DNA of 64,000 nucleotides from assembly GCF_001194135.2 (NCBI RefSeq), contig NC_068985.1:26090002-26154001 (forward strand), written 5' to 3'. The notes beneath the pieces were generated by a model that was not told the origin of the DNA, made no database searches, and saw nothing but the letters and a program-made list of their open reading frames with translations. Every line of letters starts with the position of its first letter. The stretch's first letter is position 1. A program made the translations under genes and the position numbers. Shown here in pieces: positions 1 to 11,600 of this stretch. The DNA comes from Octopus bimaculoides. Lineage: Eukaryota.

Positions 1-2517
1 AGTGTACCTACCCAAAAAAGGTAGGAATAGAACCTGGTATTAATCAGGCAACTGCTGCAAGTTGTTATATTTCTGTCCAAGAGCTATACACAATGGCTCA
101 AGATCTGATGGTTCATAAAGTGAGTTCTTCAAAGCTTTAACCACCAGCCACTGTAATAACAAATCATTCTGTATCTTCTCCTGTAAATTGCTTTCGTAAT
201 TTGTTAAAAGAATTTTAACAATACAATTTCATGTCAGAAACAATTCTTACACAGAAATAATTTATGAGACTACATAACTTCTTGTAGTATGCTTCAATCT
301 AAAGTGTTTAGTTATATCCATTTCAACTGATATACTAATCGAAGCTAATATTTTATTTGAATATATTTTGAAATTTAAAAAGTAAGTAGATAAACCAAAG
401 GAAATGATTCTTTTGTTTCAACTCCAAAAATCTCAGGCTACCTATTTTTAAATACTGTTACATTTGCAAGTTTGTTCCCTTTTAATTCTAAATGCAGAAG
501 GCCATCAACTCAGGATACACTATCAGAATCCTGGCTTTTCACTTACCTTTAGATCTGAAAGAGAAAGTGTAAATCCCCAATGTGGAAGCATTAACATATA
601 TTTCAGATTCATCTTTTTTTATATTTCTTCTGCTAATGAGAACACAGAATAAGGCAATTTAGAGTGTGTTGCTGGTATATGAACGCAAACATACACACAC
701 ACTCTTGGCTAAAACATCTATCACAACCTAAATCATACATTCAACATAACATGGAAATGAATTTTATTTCTCCAAGTAAATATATACAAATCTGCACAAA
801 ACAGAATTCAGCAGGGAAGATAGTATAAATGAAGCCGCTTACATATCAATTATCTAAGACCAAAGAAATACCTGTATAGAGAGGCAAGCATCACTGGTGT
901 CGAGGAAGCATTGAGGCACCGTGGTCTCATGTAACAGATTGGTAGTCAAAGCAATGCTCTCAACATTGGCGACCGAGCAATTCAAACATGGTGCTGACAA
1001 AGATTGATAGAACTGCATAAATAGAAATCTGTCTGTATCAGAAAAGAAACTGGTCAGACTATAGGCATGTGCTTATAATAAAACCACTGGAATGATGATG
1101 GTGTCTGTGCAGGAAAATAAAATATTAAGGCCCCATTCAAACATAACATTAAACCCGGAATATACCAGTTAGGATTTTTTTTTCATGTTGATTGATGCAG
1201 TGGTTAAAAACTTTGTTAAATGTTTAAAAAGAAGAAAAAAAAAATGAAGTGACTAAGTTTTACTTGTTTATAAAATCAAATTTCGATGTAGGTTTTTGTA
1301 ATTTTTTTTTTTTTTTTGCTGCAGAGTTATTTTGATGGAGCAGTAAATAACTATTATACAAGAAAGTTGATAAAATCTAATAGTTTTGGGGGTTTTTTTT
1401 TTAGTCTGTGCTTAAAGTGTTTATTAGAATAAAATATATTGCTCTTTTCAAGTACACATTTTTATGTTTCAGAGACATTTTCAAACTAGAGGTTATTTTT
1501 TAAAATTATTTGGAAGTAAACATAAAAGAGTTAATTTAATCTGATTTTGTAGTCAATTTTGAATATCAAAACATTGGCTAGTTTATATTTCATACCTATA
1601 CTCAATGTTATGTGTAAAGGAAAGAAAGAAATTGTTTCTTTAAATTACACAACATTCATGTATTCATTTTAGACATCAAATGATATTAAAATGAAATATA
1701 TAAAATGTCAATGCTATATTGAGTAATTAGAGAAATTGAGATTGAAAGACTAAAAATGAATTAAGGAACTCAATCTGGCTAATTTTTGAAGAAATAAGGG
1801 CTTTCCCCATACTCCTCAAATGAGTCAAGCTTCAGCTAAGTTAAAATAGAATTATTGTAATTCTACCAGTTTTCAAATCAAGTAAAATTGAATGTTAATA
1901 TTTTCTGTGATTATTTTTCTAAAAACTACAAAATTCCTATTCCAGAAAATGAAAAAGAACTGTAACACAATTATCCCTTTTGATGACATCACTATTAAGA
2001 ATTATCTTAATTCGATACCAGTATTATTATGGACAATATCAAAGCATTCTTCATTCACACACATTATCATTAACAAAAATTACAAGCAGCAACAGATTAA
2101 GATATGTTTACCAGTTCTTCAATTATCAGCCAATTCATTATCGACCTTGAACACAGATCCATGAATGGGACTATAATGGCAGGAAGAAAATCTATTAAAT
2201 ATACTAAAGGATGAATACAGGTTTAAGGGGTGGGGGAGCACAGGGAACAGTAGGTGCTGATGACATTTACCAAGTATATTGTTTAGAAGTGCCATGACAG
2301 TCTGTTTTACTTTACAGACCAACATATTTGAGTGGCTGCCGTCTATTAGCTTGGTGTCTCTTGCTCAACTCCAATGGACGAACAAATAGACAGACGGACG
2401 GATGCATGCCAGTAGAGGTCACCACTTACCTCTGAATGAGCTGAAAGCAAGATCAGGTAAACCATTAGACAGTCACTTACCAGCATAGGTTGATCAGAAG
2501 CAGGCTAGATCAATCAT

Positions 2518-2672
2518 TCATTTAGTGTCACCTTCAGAATGTGTGCCAGTTTCTTCATTACTATCATCAATATCAGCACGGCTGTCTGATGGAATTTCAC
2601 CATCTTCATATTTATCATAGTGCATCATCTCCATATGCTGGGTGTTGTCATCGTTGTACATTAACTGCTTAT
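2518..2672 (-). CDS. LUC7L3: LUC7L3 exon 10 coding part (DKQLMYNDDNTQ...THSEGDTK*)
   Basis: ttttaaatccag acceptor; TGA at 2520-2518; acidic tail ends SEGDTK, resembling the vertebrate LUC7L3 end (SEGDTQSN, recalled). Confidence 0.88.
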
Positions 2673-5600
2673 CTGGATTTAAAATAAAATTGGAATACCT
2701 AAGTTCTAAAGATATAGATTATATGATCTAAGAATTGCAATATTTTGTGATATTTCCTGGTCAAGTTTTCAATGTTTCTCTCCCATATATACAAATTATG
2801 TACAATTTTGTGCTTTAAATAGATTTTATACAATAAATGAATCACAGAAAATTATGAAACCAAAATTTACAAAAATGTAAAATGCAAGACATCCAAAATG
2901 CTGCAAACGTAAAGAGTAATTTTTTTTTGTTTTTATTTCAGCAGATATCGACATACTCGATGTCATTATATAGTACCAAAGCATAAACATCACACATCAT
3001 GAATAAGAGGTTTTGAATTTCATAATTCATGTTCAACACAATTGAAAACATTATACTTCATACAAATGCTAGACTTAACACACTTTCTTGATGGTTACAT
3101 GATTAATTACATATAGGGATAAGATTTCATTAAAGATTGTCTTGCATGACAGAGCCATAAAACATTTCAGTCCCACTATATTATCAGTACTTAACCTATC
3201 AGGCTTAGCTCACTTTTGTCTTTTAGTTGCCAAAACAATCTGAAACTAGACCACTAGTATAAACTGTATGCATTTGGCCAGGGACCAATACATTGTTTAC
3301 TTCAATGAGCATTTGATTACTAAGGAACTGCTACCAAGCCAAGCTCAGTATGGAGTTGGATTACTGGAAAATAGATGAAGGTGTCAAAAGGATGTTGACA
3401 TGTGTAGCCAACTATACAAAGACAGGGGATTTTCATAATGGATGACAGTGGCTTCACAGAGCAACATTCCTAGAGATCATACATTCATATATAATCAATG
3501 TCATGAACACAATTACCAACAGTTATCACTAGTTATCAAATACCATGAAACAATAAGATCCTTAGTTTGTAGGGACCAATTTCACAACTACATAGAAAAA
3601 AATAAAATAAGCATAATTGAAACGCATGAACAATTTGACTTGTCAAGCAAGTTTACATAACACTGGTATATCACTCACATGTTTTGGATAACTACATTCA
3701 ACAGAGTACCACCCACTTTTTGAATAATCTCAACTCTTCTTAATAACACCTCCACCTGAACGCATACATTTCTCCAGCTACCTCTATAATATCTCATCCT
3801 TCTTGCCTTTAACCCTCCAACGCAGAGTATAGGCCACTTATAATTGAATTCCATGTCGCATAATTTTTCGCTTCTGTACTTATACTCTGCCATGAATATC
3901 CCCCTTTCTCTAGTTCCTTTTGTGTTGATCTACGCCACGAGTTCTTAGGCCTACCCATCTTTCTATATCCATCCGGATTCCACTGTAAAGCACTTTTCGC
4001 TGCATTTGGTGTGTCCTTTCTAAGTGTGCTACCAATCCACTTCCACTTTTTCTTAAATATTTGCTCTCTAATCGGAGCTTGATTCGTTCTTTGCCATAGC
4101 TCCATATTGCTTATGTGTTCGGGTCATCTGATTTTAAGTATACTATACTTAAACTAATTATTTCTCAATACTTCCTTTTTAATACTGTTTCAATTTGGGT
4201 AAGACTTCATTGGAACAATGTTAATTACAGCAAAAATAATAAGCATTCAAAAGAAAACAGTGCAGTAATGAGGTGGCAGTGCTAGCTCTCTAAATTCTTA
4301 GAGATTTATAGGACCTTAGTATTTTAATATGCCTTCAAGAGCACATTTTTATTTCATGATATATATTGTACATAAGGATTTACAACATAGTTAAACTCTA
4401 ATGCAAAGCAACTTATTTCAAATCTTAATTTATTGCTCCAAAATGTAAGTTCTAAAGCTATATGTTATTAATCTTGTGTGCAGTAGTAAATCTTATACAT
4501 ATAGTATACAAGCATGAAGATTTATGCATTCATATCATACACCTGCTTCAGGTCAGCCAGACAGATTCCATTCCACTCCACATTATAAACTGGAGAATAT
4601 TCGTGTACATTCTGCCAACTAATAAACATGCAATTACAGCACTCTTGCAGCTTATAACAGTAAATTGTATCTCCATTTAGTACTCGTATATATAATTGGG
4701 TAAACTAAGAATTGTCTTTAGCAGGGATACAGCTCAGCACAAATTAATCCTCTTCAGCCAATAAGCTGGCATCCCACCAATTTGGTCAGCTATAAACCAC
4801 AAAATAGCTCAATAAATAAAAATGACAAAATTAATAGTTAGCCGCACTGAGGCAGAATTATAAAAGTGTTTTATCTGATGATCAAAATTATAACTTACCA
4901 TTTTCTAAATATAAAATTTTCCTGTCACAATTATTGCCTGGTCGCTGCTTCGAATCATTACTATTTGAGTACTGCCTGGTTTCTTGGCTGAATGACCGAT
5001 AACTTGAATCCTGACTACCAGAGCGATGTTTAAGTTCATGACTCCTTGAATGATATTTACTTAGTTCATAGCTAGGTGAGCCATTTTTAGAATCAGGACT
5101 CCGTGATCTATATTTAGGTTCTTTACTACCTGATCTATGTTTAAATTCTCTACTCCGAGACCTTCTATGATGATTTGATTGACGAGAGGAATGACTTCTA
5201 GAACTAGAATGACTCCGTGAACGATGCCGACGAGCAATTTTATGTTTTTCTCTACTACTTGATCTTTGACATCGATGACCATGGCTTCTAGAACGTCTCT
5301 TCCTAAAAATACAAGAGAAAATAAATTAATGAATTTTTGAGGTTTGATTTTCTAAACCAAACTAATCCAGAAAATACAACATACTTTGGCATTTTTTTCA
5401 AGGTAACAGCAAAGTATTTCAAATTTGGACAATGTATTATAAGGTTTTAGAATTTGATGACATTCATACTGCAAAGAACCCAAATGTGAAGTGAAAGTTG
5501 AATCTATTTCCAGCTTGATGGAGTAAAGGAAACAATAATGCCCTTGACTAGAGAAAGATTTGGTTTTTTTTCGTTTTTCATTTTGTGGTCTTAAATGTGT

Positions 5601-8600
5601 TAAATTAATAGCCAGTGTGTCCACGTGTATGGATACATACAAACATAAAACAAAATATCATTCTCATATCTTCCATTCTTAGCTGCCTTCATCATCATCA
5701 TCATCATCATTTAACGTTAGTTTTCCATGCTGGCATGGGTTGGACGGTTTGACTGGGGACAGGCAAGCCAGGAGGCTGCACCAGGCTCCAATCAAGTCTG
5801 GCAAGGTTTCTACAACCAGATGCCCTTCTTTAACGCCAACCACTCCGAGAGTGTAGTGGGTACTTTTTACGTGCCACCGGCACAGGATCCAGTCAGGTGG
5901 CACTGGCATCAGCCACGCTCGGATGGTGCTTTTTACGTGCTACCAGCACAGGAGCCAGTCAGGGAGGAGTGGCTGGCATTGACCGAGTTCAGATGGTGCT
6001 TTTTACATACCACCAGCATGGGAAGCCAGTCAGGCAGCACTGGCATCGACCCATGCATGAATGGTGCTTATTGTGTGCCATCAGCATGCTTCCTCATGTT
6101 ATTTTTCAAGTTCAAATTGGTATCATTTTCATTTCTAATAGGATCTACATCAATGCTACAAATGTATATTTAACAGACATCATACTTCTTTTTAATACTC
6201 TGTTAGAATTTTTTTTTTTTTTTGGTTGCTAATGAACAAAAGTTTCCTAAACTTCTCATTAACACCATTTCTGCAATTTTCAATCCACTGGTCCAAAGTT
6301 GATACAAACTGTGATTAAATTTAACACCTAACTATATATAGGTTGAAAAGAACAATAGAGAGAAATAGCATTAATCAATAGAGGATGACACTGAAAGAGG
6401 CCAATGAAGTTATAACAATGACTATAACTCAGAACTAAGCTCAAACTTCATTTTATTTGGGAAAACACCATGATAATTATTATTAATGCTATGATGCTAA
6501 AAATATGCAGTGCTAGCGTGGCAGAAATGATTGAGGAGATGTTAAAAGACTTTCAAAGAAAGATTAATCAAGATGATTCTACTGTAGTTACTACAGATTA
6601 CTCTATCATTATTTATGATTAGGAATAGTAAAATATAAATCTCTCTGAGAGATTTAGAAATGCAATATTTCTAATTTTGTAGATCAGTGACTTTATTTCA
6701 CTTGAAATTCTATAAGTTTTCAAATGCAAATAAGCACCGACAGCTAGCAAGACAAGCTACTCCAGACTGATGAAGAGCAATAACTCTGAAACTAGTCTCT
6801 GGATGCTGGCTTTGCTGGGTGGAGGTGCTTATCTCCCCAGTTTGAAAACTTAAGAACACCTGTTATGTAGCCAACTGGAAACAATGTTTCCTAGGGCTAA
6901 ATAGCAGTAGCATTCATCCCTTTCCTGGGACTGCCACATTAAGTTGGCAACAAATCATCACTTTATCATGCTGCTACTGTATAAGTCGCTCTGAGAGATT
7001 TAGAAATGCAATATTTCTAATAAGACATTTCAGTTTAGTGGAAAACTTTTTCTATCAGAGCATATCTATTACCAATATTTATTACAGTCCTACATTCTTT
7101 ATCTTGTGGTCTGTCTTGTTGACACTTTATAAATTTGGATGTTAACTTGGTTTCATGAGCTTTCATTCCTTTGTTAGCTAGATGGAATTGTTCTAGCTGT
7201 TGAAGTTGCCTTTCTGTGGGCCAGTGACCAAGCTAAGATATTTGCAGACTACCATAAACTGTCTTTGAATGATGCCCATTCAGTGTCGATTTGTTTAGCT
7301 GCCAGAAGAGCAAAGCACATTTGGAGTTTAAACTTCAGGACTTGATTCTTTAAAAAAACGAGACACATAAGCATTTGAGTAGAGCCTCACAGAAGTTAAC
7401 TTATAAATGTACATGAAGTTTTGCTTGCACTAGCAGCCCTCATCAGCAAAGCATAGTATGTAAAGCCACAAAGTACTAACAAACCTCTGCAAATGTAGTC
7501 AGGTGTGAGGTATCAGGTGATAAAACTGTGGAATGTGTTTTGATTACCACAAGCCAACTGGAAAGTGTAAAATAGATAAAGCGTTCAAGATTTTTACATC
7601 AAGTACCTAATGCAATATGTCAACAAATTTAAATTTTAAGAGTAATCTGGTTCTATGTTAACAAATAAACATTTTTAGACTAGAGTAGCTTACAAGCATA
7701 TCTTAGGAACATGCCTAGACATCAATTTTTGAAGAAAATTTGCATATGAATTTCTAGTCAAAGGATATTCCCACCAACATTATGTTGGGAGCTTAAAGTA
7801 ACATCTCCATCTGCATTAACCCCTGCAATTAATACAAACTGGTCTACTTTTCCATCTGGCAAATACCAGTAATTGCCTGCTAGAATGCTAGGGCTATAAC
7901 AGCTTGAATGCCAAAACTTAATGAAGAAATCAGTTTCAAAAGGATTTGGAATTGACTGGATACTGGCATCAGAGATGTAAGGCTCAGTACAGTATATATT
8001 ATACAACCTTTACTGAAATGGGTAGAAAATCATCTTTGCCAAAAATAGTCAAACCCGACAGTCAGTAATTCTGTAGAAAACTGTTTCAACATTTGCATTA
8101 AAACTGCTTAGAAAAATTGTCAGTTTTGTGTCCTTTGAAATTATGCTCTAGTATAGTAGGAGATGGCTATACTAGAGCAAAATGCACACTCTTTTAAAAA
8201 AATCTAACACTTAAAAACTTAATTTGAATATATTTGATAATTTGTTATGAATGTTTAATGAAAAATTGGTGTGAGCTGATGGTGGAGAGGATCTCAATTG
8301 TAGAAGTAGACCAAAGTAAACATAGATACATGTAATGAAGATAAACATAAATAAATGTAACTGAAACAAATGATCCAAAGCCATGGATAGATGTGATACA
8401 GACAAACCAGTGAAACCCATAACAGTGTAAAAACAGACTCTCAAATGACAACGAGAAAACTTCAAGTCATAAAAACAAAACTACCTTTCTCTGCTTCTAC
8501 TCCTCCTGGTTCGACTACGGCTACGCCGCCGTCGTTTTTCTCGTTCTCTTTGCCTCTCCCTTTCTTTCTCCCTTTCCTTTTCTTTCCTACGTTTCTCTTC

Positions 8601-11600
8601 TCGTTCTTTCTCTTTTTCCCGCTCTCTTTCTTTTTCACGTTCTTCTTTCTCTCTGACAAGTCTAGCTTCTCTTTCTTCTGCAGATTGTAACTTTCTCTAA
8701 TATAATATACAAATAGTATAATTAATAGAAATAACCAAATACAAAATATTTGATTCTCCAAAGATTATTTATTACTACATTTAAACTTTTCTAAATTATC
8801 ATTACATTGACGGGTATAGAGCACAGGTTAAATTATATAAATTGAGAGGACAATCAGAGGTAAGTTTAAACTTTTAACTGTTGCTTTTTTTAAATAGGTG
8901 CAGTATTCAATCATTAACCTCTGTCTGTTAGAAAAATAAGTAGCACGAAAGGAAAAGTTTTATTTTTCTCAAACAATAGACAAGTGGCTTCATTATTCAT
9001 TGAAACAAATTCAACTGCATTTTGCTCTAACAAAAACAGTGCATGATCGGAAAACAGTTTTTTGCTCTTGTTAATTTTTAACTTGTTGTTATTGCTGCTT
9101 GCTTAGCCAACAAAATCAATAACTCACTTTTCATGCTTCAGTTTGCAACAAATGCCAATGGGAAAGGTTTTTACAAATGAATGAGAGAGAAACAATGTCT
9201 CCTCACAAACACATTAGATTTCAACAAATAATTGCTTCTCATTAACATTGTTCCAATTCAATATAGGAAAATCATGAGAGCATGCATAGCAAAACACTGA
9301 TCATGGTAATACTTTTTAAATATGAAACTGTCAAATATCCTGAATAGTTATCTATTGGTTACTACTTAAACTACTTATATGAGCAAAGAATGGTCTGTCA
9401 TTTAGATACCAGTATTAAAAAGTATTTTCCAAAATATTTCAAGCTTGAAATTTTGCTCTATATCAAAGTGTTAAAAATATAAAAATCAAAGATAAATACA
9501 TTGAAGAGTTCTTCACATATGTAATAAAAATGATTTTACAAAAACTACAAATGTTCTGATGCCACAAACCTGCTTTCTTTCTTCAACATATGTTCTGATT
9601 CTTGCATAACCAGAATGTTGTTTTCCCATGATATGTTCATCAATACGCTGCTGAATATCTCCAACAACAAGGAGTGCGCCACATACATTACACACTTCCA
9701 TGGTTTTTTCACTTTCTGGTGTTTGACTGTTTTGCCGGGTTTGCTGAAATGAAAAGATGATTTCAATAAATTATACAAACTAATGCACATCCAGTAGATG
9801 TCTTATAATAAAAAAAATTTTTTTAATTACCACACACATTTCAAACTAATGCAAAATTGATGAGAATTGCAGTGACATTTTCAGAATATTAATAATTTCA
9901 AATTATTTATTTTAAATATTATTTTCCACACAGGAGAGAAACGGCATGTTATGTCATTAGTCCCTTTTAATCTTTTAGCATTCAGATTACTTTGTCAAAT
10001 CTTATGCTTGCTTATTCACATTGTTTTAAATTAATCATGTATTATCTCATAAGTTTGAGATTTTGATGATATGATTGTCAATTTTAAGGAATAACATTGT
10101 AGGAAAGATGTGAGAAGCTGGATCTGGATAAGTTTGAAGATAAAACAGGTAGAATATGTTGGCTAGATAGAGCCAGTTTGAATGCCAAAGGGTTAAAATA
10201 ATAGTAGCCCTAATTCTTCCTCTCCTAGTATTTTTAACATTTTTGCTTTTTATATTTACCTCATAGAATAGACAGGTCCATAGATTTACTAATTTATTTA
10301 ATTGTTTGAATAACTTTCATGTAGAGCTTCCATCAATCAAGCTTGATCATACATCTGCATGTGTATCAACAAGCTTTTCAAGGAAGACAAGCAGTTGCCC
10401 ATGCAGGCCAAGTATCCCCTCTTTACACCAGTGTTTATCCGAGGAAAAGACCACAGAGTCAGGTCGATAAAGCTTGATATTGTTGTCAAAACACAGAGTC
10501 AGGACAGATACTGTGAGGCATAGGTATCATACCAGGCCTTCTAACAATTTCACTAATCCATAGCCCAGGATTGGTATTTTCTTTTTAACTACACAGAAAG
10601 GATGAAAGATAAAGCCTCCACAGGATTTGAACTCAGAATGTAAAGAGTTGAAACAAACACTGAGGCATTGTATCCAACACTCTAAACTGCCATTTCACCA
10701 ATCATAGGTAGATATACTCCAACCTAATGGTAGCTGCTTAACTCCACATATATGGTTTCACATCCATTTTCTGCTAAGACAAATAAGTATAATTTAGAGT
10801 AATGTATCTGGTTAAAAATGCAACAATGCTAAAAGCTAATATTCATTTACTCACCATAAGAATTCATACAATATCAAATAGTTATTGCAAATTAAAATTG
10901 CTAAATTTTTTTGCAGCCCCCATATCATTAATTTTTGAAAGTGGTCAATTTTCTTTTCTGTAAACTAAATGGTCAGTTTCTTTTATTAGACTGAATTATA
11001 AAAGATAAACGTAATTGATGAGTTACATTTTTTGTTATTATGTTTTGTTATCCTACATATGCCAAAGCACTCATTCTTGCTTTATAAAATGCCAACTATC
11101 TTGTACTTTTCTGAAATTTGACATTGTAGATTAAAAAATGTCTCCATAATTCAGTGCTTGGTTCTGGATTTAGAGGTTTTAAGTAAAGGAGAGACAAGTA
11201 TTTCCTAAATAGAATGCCAGTGGCATTTCCGCCAAGACAGAATATTCTAGTAAAAGCAATAAAACACCTGCCTGCAACATATATAAACTCTTAGCTATTC
11301 CATTTGTAAAAGGACATACAAAACATCATAAAAATGAGCAAAAAGTTAAGATACAATTGTTTGGTATTTTAACAGAAAATCTTTCAAAAATATAAATTTC
11401 TTAATCAGAATAAGACTATTTTCAGCTTACATTTTCTAAAACTTTCCTCTCCTCCCTTAGTAAATCACATAATTTCATAACACCTTGAGCTTCTTCAACT
11501 TTTCCTTCACAACCCAAATTTTCTGCCTGAGAAAATAAAAAAAACAAATGCAATAAAATAAATCCAATCTAACTTGAAGAGGTAATTAAGAATAGATATG

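Noticed and set aside
5061-5282. 73-aa hydrophobic ORF (MVIDVKDQVV...)
   Set aside because: Alternative frame of RS-rich LUC7L3 exon 9.
7405-7460. Minus-strand CTGATGAGGGC...AAAAC hammerhead-like motif
   Set aside because: GAAA is absent and stems I and II do not pair convincingly.
8445-8761. ORF-track ORFs 8462..8761 (-) and 8445..8690 (+) as independent genes
   Set aside because: Off-frame and antisense shadows of low-complexity LUC7L3 exon 8; the spliced frame gives the expected RE/RS sequence.
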